This document shows, one piece after another, positions 38,840 to 47,691 of a stretch of 64,000 nt of DNA (within the stretch, counting starts at the first letter, position 1; every line of letters begins with the position of its first letter). The DNA is from Gemmatimonadales bacterium (GTDB lineage: Bacteria; Gemmatimonadota; Gemmatimonadetes; Gemmatimonadales; GWC2-71-9), in contig JBFJCP010000010.1 of assembly GCA_041615815.1 (NCBI GenBank), positions 52,258 to 116,257 on the forward strand, given 5' to 3'. The notes under the pieces are model-generated. The model was not told the DNA's origin, made no database searches, and was given only the letters and a program-made list of their open reading frames with translations. The position numbers and the translations under genes are program-made.

Positions 38840-41473
38840 GTGATAAACACGCTTTGGCACCGAGTCGTCGCGACCGTGATTCTCGCGATCGCCGCCCTTC
38901 CCGCCGCCGCACAACAAGTCCCCAGCCCCACCGATGCCTTCGGATTCACACCCGGTGACGACTACCAACTGGCCGACTACGAGCAGATGGTAGCGTACTA
39001 CCGGCAACTCGATGAGGCCAGCGACCGCGTTCAGATGATGGAGATTGGGCGCTCAGCGATGGGTCGACCCATGTATCTCCTCATCGTCTCCAGCCGTGAG
39101 AACATGCAAGACCTCGACCGCTGGCGTTCCATCGTTCAGCAGCTGGGGCGAGCGCGGGTGGAAGATGGTGAAGCGCTTGAGCTTGCGCGGGAGGGACGAG
39201 CCGTTGTTTGGATCGACGGAGGACTCGACGATCAGGAGTACGCGACCGGGCAGATGATGCCGGCCTTGATTCACCGCATGGTCTCGGAAGACTCCGACGA
39301 AATGAGGAAGATCCGTCGTAACGTCGTTGCCCTCGTGATGCCCCACATGAACCCCGATGCCTCGCACAACGACGTCAGTTGGTATCGCGAACACCGGGGA
39401 ACGCCATTCGAGATCACGGATCCCCCGCGGCTCGGCCAGCCCTATGTCGGGACAGACAACAACCGGGATTGGTTCATGATCACGCAGCCCGAAACCTGGG
39501 CTGCGTCACGCATTTTCTATCATGAGTGGTACCCGCAGATCGTTTACAACCACCACCAGACCGGACCCTCGTATACGCGAATCTTCATTCCGCCGTACGC
39601 CGATCCGGTGAACCCCAACATTCACCCCGGGGTCGTGGCGGGCGTCAACATGGTGGGAGCCGCCATGGCCAGCCGGTATGCGGCAAAGCGCATGCCGGGA
39701 TACGTGTCGCGAGCGATTTACAGCATGTGGTGGAACGGAGGCATGCGCCTCGCACCGTACTATCACAACATGATCGGCATCCTCACGGAGACGTCGCACG
39801 CTTCCCCCACGCCGTACTCCTATGACGTGGACAATTGGCCCGAGACGATTCCCATGCGGCGCGGCGAGGCACCGCGCACCGATGGCACGAGCATCTTCCA
39901 TCCCTACCCGTGGAAATCCGCCGAATCGCATTTCCGAGACGCGGTCGATTACATGGTCGAAGCCTCGATCGCGACGCTCAATCTGGCGGCGAACTATCGT
40001 GAGGAATTGCTCTACAACTTCTATCGGATGGGGAGGGACGGCGTCGAGGCTGGACGGAGCGGCGGTCCGTTTGCGTATGTGGTGCCCGCGGATCAGTGGG
40101 ATCCCAGTTCCGCACGCGAGCTACTCAATGTCCTCCGGCGTGGGGGGATCGAAATCGATCGGGCTACGAGAGCGTTCCAAGCTGGCGGCCGGGAATTCGC
40201 TGCAGGATCGTTCGTGCTCTACGCCGGTCAGGCCTTTCGCCCCCATCTGATGGACATGCTGGAGCCGCAACGGTATCCCGAGCGCCGGCGGTTTGCCGGG
40301 GGTCCGCCCGAGACGCCGTACGACCTGGCCGGTTGGACGTTACCGATGCAAATGGGCGTGAATGTGGCTCGGATCGAACAGCCGTTCACGGCCCGGACGG
40401 AACCCGTCGAGCAGTTCGTGGAAGTGACGGCCGGTCGCGTAGCCGGTCGTGCGGCGTTTGGGTATGCACTCTCTCGCCGTGTCAATGCGAGCGTCAAGGC
40501 CGTGAACCGCCTGCTCGCGGCCGGCGACCGTGTATCATGGGCCGTGGTGGATTTCGAGGGCGGCGGTGTGCGCTTCGACGCCGGGACGTTTCTCATCCAC
40601 GCCGGCGATGGCACGGCAGGACGCGTCCAAGAATTGGCTCGCGAGCTCGGGCTCGATTTCACCGGACTGTCGGCGGCACCATCCGTCGAGGTCCGAGAGA
40701 TTCGACTCCCGAGGGTAGGTCTCTACCGCTCTTGGATCCCCATCGACGATCAGGGGTGGACGCTGTGGCTTCTCGAAGGCTATGGCTTTCCGGTCGATAC
40801 CTTGTCCAACCAGGACATCCGTGACGGTGCGCTCGACCGTTACGATGCCATCATTCTTCCAGACCAGAGTTCGGAAGGCATCATGAACGGCCATGCTCCG
40901 GGTACGATGCCGGAACCCTTTGTTGGCGGCATCGGCAGTGAGGGCATGGCGGCGCTTCAGCGTTTTGTGCGAAACGGCGGCACGCTCGTCGGCTTCGACG
41001 ACGCGAGCGATCTCCTGATACAGCAGCTGGGCGTGCCGGTACGGAACGCCGTTTTGGATGTCCCACCGGAGGACTTCTTCATTCCTGGTTCGTTGGTCCG
41101 AGCACTCATCGATGTCCGTCATCCACTTGCCCACGGAATGCAGCCTCAGACGGCAGCCTCGTATCAGCGGAGCCGCGCGTTCGAGGTGGTCCACATCAGC
41201 AAGAGCCGGGAAGGAGGCCGCGTCGACTTACCCGCGTCCGCCGCCCCTCCCGTGGACATCGTGGCGCGGTACGGGGAAACCGACATTCTCATGAGCGGTT
41301 GGGCCATGGGTGAAGAGCGGTACCTTGCGGGACGCCCGGCATTGGTCCGTGTCCCGAACGGGAGTGGGGACGTCGTCCTATTTGCTTTTCGGCCGCAGTT
41401 TCGCGGGCAGCCGCACGGAACCTACAAACTGATCTTCAACACGCTGTACGCGGCGACCGTGGATGGTTGGTAG
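38840..41473 (+). CDS. M14-family metallocarboxypeptidase-like secreted protein with GATase-like C-domain
   Basis: Signal peptide, VVWIDGGLDDQE, MNPD, DNNRDWF, YNHHQ, GILTET, YDAIILP, FRPQFRGQ. Confidence 0.85.
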   Translation: MINTLWHRVVATVILAIAALPAAAQQVPSPTDAFGFTPGDDYQLADYEQMVAYYRQLDEASDRVQMMEIGRSAMGRPMYLLIVSSRENMQDLDRWRSIVQQLGRARVEDGEALELAREGRAVVWIDGGLDDQEYATGQMMPALIHRMVSEDSDEMRKIRRNVVALVMPHMNPDASHNDVSWYREHRGTPFEITDPPRLGQPYVGTDNNRDWFMITQPETWAASRIFYHEWYPQIVYNHHQTGPSYTRIFIPPYADPVNPNIHPGVVAGVNMVGAAMASRYAAKRMPGYVSRAIYSMWWNGGMRLAPYYHNMIGILTETSHASPTPYSYDVDNWPETIPMRRGEAPRTDGTSIFHPYPWKSAESHFRDAVDYMVEASIATLNLAANYREELLYNFYRMGRDGVEAGRSGGPFAYVVPADQWDPSSARELLNVLRRGGIEIDRATRAFQAGGREFAAGSFVLYAGQAFRPHLMDMLEPQRYPERRRFAGGPPETPYDLAGWTLPMQMGVNVARIEQPFTARTEPVEQFVEVTAGRVAGRAAFGYALSRRVNASVKAVNRLLAAGDRVSWAVVDFEGGGVRFDAGTFLIHAGDGTAGRVQELARELGLDFTGLSAAPSVEVREIRLPRVGLYRSWIPIDDQGWTLWLLEGYGFPVDTLSNQDIRDGALDRYDAIILPDQSSEGIMNGHAPGTMPEPFVGGIGSEGMAALQRFVRNGGTLVGFDDASDLLIQQLGVPVRNAVLDVPPEDFFIPGSLVRALIDVRHPLAHGMQPQTAASYQRSRAFEVVHISKSREGGRVDLPASAAPPVDIVARYGETDILMSGWAMGEERYLAGRPALVRVPNGSGDVVLFAFRPQFRGQPHGTYKLIFNTLYAATVDGW

Positions 41474-41489
41474 GCACGCCTAGATCCTC

Positions 41490-41535
41490 GCGTAATACGA
41501 CAAGGGCCTCGCACGAGGCCCTTGTCGTATTACGC
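41490..41535. terminator. 22-bp perfect inverted repeat (terminator-like)
   Basis: GCGTAATACGACAAGGGCCTCG-CA-CGAGGCCCTTGTCGTATTACGC. Confidence 0.75.
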
Positions 41536-41632
41536 CCACGACATATTCTGCAGTGCACCCGTTGCTGGGAGTGACGCCATGCGGACGGTCGAACCACGAT
41601 GAGGCATCGTCGGTGCCGCTGGTGATGCACCG

Positions 41633-42859
41633 GTGACCCCCTCACGACGGTCGTTCATCGGGGCCCTCGCCACGGCACCGTTGTGGCAACCATTCGCCAC
41701 CATTGGCGGCGCTGGGGTGCGACGAGCGCGCTCCGTGGCCGTGGTGGGAGCCGGCGCGTTTGGCGGATGGTCCGCCCTGGCGCTGCTCCGCGCGGGTGTC
41801 CAGGTCACCCTGGTGGATGCCTGGGGGCCGGGGAACGGACGTGCCAGCTCCGGGGGCGACACGCGCGTGATCCGCACCGAGTACGGCCCGCAGATCTGGT
41901 ACACCCAAATGGCCGCCCGGGCACAGGCGCTTTGGAGGGAGAGTCAGGCCAGGTGGAATCGCCCACTCTATCAACGGACCGGACTCATCTTGATGGTGAG
42001 CGCGGAGGACGAATACCATCGGGCGGCGCTCACGGTACTGCACGACCAAGGGATCGGTGCCGCGGCGCTCAGCCCGGCCGAGGCGGCCCGCCGGTTTCCA
42101 GAGGTCGATTTCTCGGACGTGCAGTGGGTGCTGTGGGAGGAGGATGCCGGCTACCTCCGGGCGCGAGAGGCCTGCCGGGCGGTAGTGGAGGCATTCGTCA
42201 CGGAAGGGGGGACGTATCGGACCGCTGCGGCGCGTCCCGGGAGGCTCACGGCCGCGGGGCTGGACGGCATCGAGCTCTCCGATGGCACTCGGCTGGTGCG
42301 GGACACCTACGTTTTTGCGTGTGGCCCCTGGTTGCCGCGGCTGTTTCCAGACGTGCTCGGTGATTTCGTGACAACGAGCCGCCAGGAGGTTTTTTACTTC
42401 GCCACTCCCGAAGGCGATTCCCGCTTCGACGATGATCGCTTTCCGGTTTGGGCCCATCACGGCGAGCGCTTCTTCTATGGAATACCGGGGAACGATGGGA
42501 GGGGATTCAAGATCGCGGACGACACTCGCGGTCCCCCGTTCGACCCCACACGAGAGGATCGGGTGGTGCGGCCGGAGGCCGTCGCGCGGGTCCGCGCGTA
42601 TCTGGGCATACGGTTTCCGGCGCTGGCGAACGCCCCACTGCTCGAGACGCGAGTGTGCCAGTACGCCAACACTCCAGACGGAGACTTTATTCTCGATCGG
42701 CATCCGGGCGCGGACAACACCTGGCTGGTGGGTGGCGGCTCCGGGCACGGGTTCAAGCACGGACCGGCGATCGGAGAGCTCGTTCGGGATCTGGTGACCG
42801 GACGCCGGGATCCGATACCGATGTTTACCCTTTCGCGTAATCGCGGAGGAGGACCGTGA
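41633..42859 (+). CDS. FAD-dependent oxidoreductase, sarcosine/N-methyl-amino-acid oxidase-like, with Tat motif
   Basis: SRRSFI, VVGAGAFG, SSGGDTRVIR, VCQYANTPDGDFILD, GSGHGFKHG. Confidence 0.88.
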   Translation: MTPSRRSFIGALATAPLWQPFATIGGAGVRRARSVAVVGAGAFGGWSALALLRAGVQVTLVDAWGPGNGRASSGGDTRVIRTEYGPQIWYTQMAARAQALWRESQARWNRPLYQRTGLILMVSAEDEYHRAALTVLHDQGIGAAALSPAEAARRFPEVDFSDVQWVLWEEDAGYLRAREACRAVVEAFVTEGGTYRTAAARPGRLTAAGLDGIELSDGTRLVRDTYVFACGPWLPRLFPDVLGDFVTTSRQEVFYFATPEGDSRFDDDRFPVWAHHGERFFYGIPGNDGRGFKIADDTRGPPFDPTREDRVVRPEAVARVRAYLGIRFPALANAPLLETRVCQYANTPDGDFILDRHPGADNTWLVGGGSGHGFKHGPAIGELVRDLVTGRRDPIPMFTLSRNRGGGP

Positions 42860-44217
42860 GACTTCGCCTCGGGGTGGTCGCCTCTTTCCTGGTGGCGCTT
42901 CCAGCGCCAGCACACGCGCAGTTTTCTCATGACGAGTTCCACGCCACGCTGCGGGGGTGGGCGGAATCGGTGTGGCTGCACGCGCTGGACCGTCGGAGCG
43001 CCGCAGGCGGTCGCGTGAGCGAGAACGGTATCCTCGAGCGCTTCAACGAGGTCATCGACGACAAGTACTTTCTCGATCGCTTGACGGCGGCGTTCACCCC
43101 GATCGAGGACTATGAGTGGTATGCCCGCGAGAGCGGTGTGCGATGGAGTGGTGGGAGCATCACCAAGCGGAGTCTTGCGGTCGATCTCGAGCTCAAAGCG
43201 ACTGTTCCACTCGGTGAGAAATGGGGCTTTGGCGTTCGTGTCAACAAGACGGAGTTCCCGGAGGTGAACCACACCACGTTTCGGTTCCGTCTGGCCCGAT
43301 CGCTTTCCTCTCGCCTGACCGTGTTTGCCGAGTCGTTTCTCGATCCCCAGAAGCCCGGATCCGACGTGGAGGCGGGCATCCGCTGGCGGTCACCGAGTGA
43401 CGCACGCGTCGAGGCCACCATCGGTGTCTTGGATTTCCCCAACGATTTCATCTACCTCAACTTGAACGCGCAGCGACAAACCGGTGTCGACTCCACGCTG
43501 GAATACGAACGTCAACCCATCACCGTTCGTACGTCATTTTCCGTTCCCCTGACGTCCTCGTTTCGGCTCGAGGGTCATGGCGCCGTGGCGAGGCCCTCGA
43601 CCATCCTGGCGTATGAGGGAAAGGATGAGTCCGCGGGGTTCAGGCAGCACGAACGATTCGCATTTGCCGGAGCGCTCCTGGAATGGGTTCCGCGACCGGG
43701 GCTCATGGCCGCAGCGTTCGTGAACACGGTATATGCCCGTTCCATTCGGTCACCACTTTCCGCGGCGGCGCCTGTTGCTTCGTACCGGTTGACCGAGCAA
43801 ACCACGGAGATAGGGATCGTGGGTGCAGTGCGGCTCGCGCCCCGCTGGCGCGTGGATTTTTGGGCGCGACACAGCTGGCGGCCTGAGCGTCGTGTCTTCC
43901 TGGCTGGCGAAGACGCGGATGTCGACTTCATGCTTCGGTCGTTCAACTCGCAAGCGGTGCTGACATACAGGGCGCGCAGTGGTTTTGTGGCCGATCTCGG
44001 AGTGGGATACAACAACGCCCAGACACCCCGTGGTGACGGCCAAGTGCCCTCGACGGGTTCCCTCAAGGGCATCCAGTACCGCATTCGCTACGATGCCGGC
44101 TGGCGGATTCACGACCGGTTCTCGGTGTTGGTGGGCTCGGCAACGGACATCGATGGCGAAAGCGGGGAGGGGGTGTCCTTTGGTGGTGCGCGCGGGCGTT
44201 TTGTGATGTATTGGTAA
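42856..44217 (+). CDS. Putative outer-membrane beta-barrel protein
   Basis: Signal peptide (..PAHA/QF), alternating amphipathic strands, C-terminal RFVMYW. Confidence 0.65.
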   Translation: MRLRLGVVASFLVALPAPAHAQFSHDEFHATLRGWAESVWLHALDRRSAAGGRVSENGILERFNEVIDDKYFLDRLTAAFTPIEDYEWYARESGVRWSGGSITKRSLAVDLELKATVPLGEKWGFGVRVNKTEFPEVNHTTFRFRLARSLSSRLTVFAESFLDPQKPGSDVEAGIRWRSPSDARVEATIGVLDFPNDFIYLNLNAQRQTGVDSTLEYERQPITVRTSFSVPLTSSFRLEGHGAVARPSTILAYEGKDESAGFRQHERFAFAGALLEWVPRPGLMAAAFVNTVYARSIRSPLSAAAPVASYRLTEQTTEIGIVGAVRLAPRWRVDFWARHSWRPERRVFLAGEDADVDFMLRSFNSQAVLTYRARSGFVADLGVGYNNAQTPRGDGQVPSTGSLKGIQYRIRYDAGWRIHDRFSVLVGSATDIDGESGEGVSFGGARGRFVMYW

Positions 44218-44229
44218 CATCGGTATCCG

Positions 44230-45075
44230 ATGTCCCGATCATCGCTACAGCCTTCTACGGTGATTCGGTTCGCCGTCTGCGACCGGATCGTCGACGTAAC
44301 CGTCCCGGATGACCAGACCACGGTGCCGTTGCGCCAGCTGTACCGCCCGTATGAACACCCCGGCGTGGCGAGTCCCCGCGCGGTCCCCAATACCACCATC
44401 ACGATTCGCACGACAGGAGACGGATTTGCCATCCAGCGTGTCGACGGGTCACGTCACATCTGTCCAACACTCGTGCGCCTCGCCACCGAGCTGGAGTTCG
44501 CGCTCACCGAGACGTTCCTCGAGGCGTGCCGGGAATTGCCGCAACTGCATGGCGCGGGCGCCGTGTTGGGGAGCCATGGCCTGCTTGCCCTCGGGTCGCA
44601 GGGAGCCGGCAAATCGAGTATCGCCCTCAACTGGAGCCTCGCGGGGCTTCCGCTCCTGGGTGACGACGTACTGCTCGTAGGCGAGCGCGGCCGGGTACTT
44701 CCCTTCAAGCGCCTCTGCAAGGTCGATCCGTCGATGCTCGAGGGTCGCGGTGTCCCGCTGGAGCACACCCCGTTTTGGGATGGAGTGAGCGCAGAGGCTT
44801 GGTTCGATCCGGCGACGGCGGGGGGTTGGGGCGTAAAGGGCACTGCCGCCGTGATCGCTCGAGTGCAATTCTCGGCTCGCGAACCCCTTACCGTCCGGCC
44901 CCTTGACCGTCAAGCCGTGCTCTCCCTCTTGCTCGGCAGCGTGCTCCCCACCGGGTGTGCGCGACGAGACAGCCTGGATCGTCTGATCGCGGTCGCGGAA
45001 GCAGCACGGGGATACGACATGACCTTTGGCGACGCGCACGAGGCGGCCCTCGCCCTGATCGAACTCGCAGCATGA
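44230..45075 (+). CDS. HPr-kinase-related Ser/Thr kinase
   Basis: LHGAG...GSQGAGKSS (Walker A)...LLGDDVLLV. Confidence 0.82.
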   Translation: MSRSSLQPSTVIRFAVCDRIVDVTVPDDQTTVPLRQLYRPYEHPGVASPRAVPNTTITIRTTGDGFAIQRVDGSRHICPTLVRLATELEFALTETFLEACRELPQLHGAGAVLGSHGLLALGSQGAGKSSIALNWSLAGLPLLGDDVLLVGERGRVLPFKRLCKVDPSMLEGRGVPLEHTPFWDGVSAEAWFDPATAGGWGVKGTAAVIARVQFSAREPLTVRPLDRQAVLSLLLGSVLPTGCARRDSLDRLIAVAEAARGYDMTFGDAHEAALALIELAA

Positions 45076-46184
45076 AGGATCCCCTCGCCACACGACTGTA
45101 CCGCGCGTTGGAAACAGCCGCTGGCACGCTGGATGAGCGTGATCTCGGAGCCTTCGAGTTGGCGGACGCGCTCGGTTTTGGAGGGTTTCTCAGACGGCAC
45201 GGTGATCCCCTTCACGCAAGCTCCGGGTCGTCGGCGGAGTCGTTGATGCGGCGTCTGGTCGAGCGGATCTTGGTGGACACCGCCGCGGAACTCTCCACGG
45301 TGCTCGAAGGGCTGATGGTTCCCCACTTTTTTGCCAAGGGCATCGCCCTCGTGGATTGGGTCTATCGGCCTGGAGATCGCGAGATGGGTGATATCGATCT
45401 CTATGTCCACCCCCAAGCGGCCACGATAGCCGTGAACGCCATGCGTGAAATGGGGTACCGCGACCTCCCGTCCGATGAGCAAAGTGGGCCGTCGAGCTTG
45501 CGTCCGGGTGTCGCGCTGTGCCGGGCGGATGGAGGATCAGATCTGGAGGCGGTCACGGTGGACGTACACTGGGGGGTGGAACCGGTCGACCGTCTCTTGC
45601 CGAGGGCGGACACCAACTTGCCCGAGACGATCTGGGGATCGATTCAGACCCCGGCCGCGGTTCCCATTCCGGATGCCGAGCATCACGCGGCGCTCCTGGT
45701 CTATCACCTGGCGCACCACGATCTGCTGCACGTTCGCGGACTAGTGGACCTCGCACTGGTGTGGCCCAAGATCACCGACGCTCGAACCCTACGTACGTTG
45801 GCGGTTGCCCTGGACGTCGAGCGAGCGCTCCAAGCCCTGGCGCAGGTGCTCGTTCGAGACCTCGGCCTCCCGGCGCACGCGGCGGTGGGCGCCCTGCCCG
45901 ATGACTGGCGCGGCCGACGGCTCCGGCGGCGGCTCGTGCTCCCGCGATGGATCGCGTGGGTGTGGGGATCCGATGCCCGGGAGCTCGTGGAAGTCACTCC
46001 CCGCCGAATCGGTATGCGCCTCCTGTTACTCGACGCGCTCCAGAGCGCCCTGCCACTATTGAGCGACGTCGTGTTTCCGCCGCACGCGCATCTACGCTGG
46101 CGCTGGCCAGAAGCCGAGTCCGAATGGGAGGCGTGGCGGCTGCACGCTGCGAGCGTCACCCGCAAACTCCTGCAGCGTGGATGA
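45072..46184 (+). CDS. Nucleotidyltransferase (NTP_transf_5-like)
   Basis: AKGIAL..VY....REMGDIDLYV, VDVHW; ATGA overlap with the kinase. Confidence 0.85.
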   Translation: MKDPLATRLYRALETAAGTLDERDLGAFELADALGFGGFLRRHGDPLHASSGSSAESLMRRLVERILVDTAAELSTVLEGLMVPHFFAKGIALVDWVYRPGDREMGDIDLYVHPQAATIAVNAMREMGYRDLPSDEQSGPSSLRPGVALCRADGGSDLEAVTVDVHWGVEPVDRLLPRADTNLPETIWGSIQTPAAVPIPDAEHHAALLVYHLAHHDLLHVRGLVDLALVWPKITDARTLRTLAVALDVERALQALAQVLVRDLGLPAHAAVGALPDDWRGRRLRRRLVLPRWIAWVWGSDARELVEVTPRRIGMRLLLLDALQSALPLLSDVVFPPHAHLRWRWPEAESEWEAWRLHAASVTRKLLQRG

Positions 46185-46232
46185 CTCCACCTTGCCTCCG
46201 TTTTCGCCTCTGGCAATCTTGCAACACGTGCC

Positions 46233-46523
46233 ATGAATACCGACCCGATACCCGGACGCCCCCTCGCCCGCGAGGACGTGCTGTTTCGCCAGCTCGACGA
46301 TCAGTGGGTGATCTTCGATCCAGTGACCGATCGGCTTCACGCGCTCAATCTCAGCGCGGCGCTCGTATGGACAGCATGTACCGGTGAGCGACGGATCGAC
46401 GAGATCGTCGACGACGTGGCAGAGTCGTTTGACCCGCCGGTGGATCGCGAGCGGACGCTGGGCGAGGTGACGGAAGCCATCGAACGATTTCGAGAGCAGG
46501 GGCTCCTCATTGAGCGACATTAA
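46233..46523 (+). CDS. PqqD-family RiPP recognition element
   Basis: VIFDP..RLHALNLSAALVW..CTGER.IDEIV...FREQGLL. Confidence 0.88.
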   Translation: MNTDPIPGRPLAREDVLFRQLDDQWVIFDPVTDRLHALNLSAALVWTACTGERRIDEIVDDVAESFDPPVDRERTLGEVTEAIERFREQGLLIERH

Positions 46524-47691
46524 GTACTATCGCGACCTGCTCCAACAGCGGCGCCGCATCGAAGCATTCCGGCGAGCCATCCATGCGGTAGTCCAGCCAG
46601 GAGACCGGGTTCTGGAGATCGGCGCCGGTTTGGGCACGTTCGCGTTTTTTGCAGCCGATGCCGGCGCGGCTCAGGTCTGGGCGGTGGAAGGTGACCCCAT
46701 TGTCCACGTCGCCAGCACGATTGGACAGTGGAACGGATATGCCGATCGAGTCGAATTCATGCGAGGATGGATCCCGTCGGTGGAGATCCCAGCGCCGGCT
46801 GATGTGCTCATCTTCGAGGATTTTCCGCCGCGTCTGCTGAACGGACAGTCGTTTCGGCTGCTCCGGTGGGCGCACCAGCGCTACGTCACAGCAGACGTGC
46901 GCGCCGTACCGGCCGCCGCCACGCTGTTCGTCGCACCCGTCTCCGATCCCAAGCTGTGGCAAGAGGTTGCGCCCTTTGGGGTGAATGGACCGGACGACGT
47001 TCGGTATGATGTGGATTGGAGCGCGAGCAGGGAGTACCTCGTCAACCAGCCAATCAACGTGAAGATCCCGGCGGCCGCTCTCGCGGGCGAACCTAAGCCA
47101 CTGGGGACCGTGCGTTTCGATCGCTCCCCGGCCATCCGAGATCTCGGTGGGGAGGCCCAGCTTACCGTGAACCGTTCGTGTCCGCTTCACGGGCTCGCCT
47201 TTTGGTTCGACCTGGATCTCGGTGGTGGCGAACTGCTCTCCAACGCGCCGGGGGCACGCCCCGGTTCTTGGGGTCATCTCTTTCTTCCGGTGGACAACCC
47301 TCTCGCCGCCTCGCCGAGCGAGCCGATACGAGCGCAAATCGAGGCTCGCGAGTCGGCGGATGGAGTGCCGGGCTGGCTTGCCTGGGAGGTCGCGACCGGT
47401 GGTAAGGTCTGGCGCGGTTATGAGTTAGCCGGGGTCCCCGCCGGGGTCATCGATTACGAGAGTCAAACCTCCGACTTCGTCCCCCACCTGAGCCGCGATG
47501 GGGCGCTCGAAGCCCTGGTGTTCCAGCTCACAAACGGGGAACGGTCGGTACGCGAGATTGGAACGGAGGTTCGGCGCCACCGGACGGACTTGAGCCAGGC
47601 CGAAGCCGAACGGGTCGTGACCGCGGTTTTGCGCAACCGGATCCGTCTGGACGAGGTATTCTCCGGCGTCCTGCAGGAGGGAAGCAAATGA
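46510..47691 (+). CDS. SAM-dependent methyltransferase with PRMT-like architecture and C-terminal winged helix
   Basis: RIEAFRRAI, VLEIGAGLG, AGAAQVWAVE, ADVLIFE, HGLAFWFDL, LSNAPG...SWG; tail QLTNGERSVREI. Confidence 0.82.
   Translation: MSDIKYYRDLLQQRRRIEAFRRAIHAVVQPGDRVLEIGAGLGTFAFFAADAGAAQVWAVEGDPIVHVASTIGQWNGYADRVEFMRGWIPSVEIPAPADVLIFEDFPPRLLNGQSFRLLRWAHQRYVTADVRAVPAAATLFVAPVSDPKLWQEVAPFGVNGPDDVRYDVDWSASREYLVNQPINVKIPAAALAGEPKPLGTVRFDRSPAIRDLGGEAQLTVNRSCPLHGLAFWFDLDLGGGELLSNAPGARPGSWGHLFLPVDNPLAASPSEPIRAQIEARESADGVPGWLAWEVATGGKVWRGYELAGVPAGVIDYESQTSDFVPHLSRDGALEALVFQLTNGERSVREIGTEVRRHRTDLSQAEAERVVTAVLRNRIRLDEVFSGVLQEGSK

Noticed and set aside
46210..46233. Sigma-54 promoter before pqqD (TGGCAATCTTGCA and its reverse)
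   Set aside because: GG-to-GC spacing is not 10 nt on either strand
46233..46523. PQQ biosynthesis
   Set aside because: No pqqA/B/C/E, and the peptide lacks the ExxxY motif
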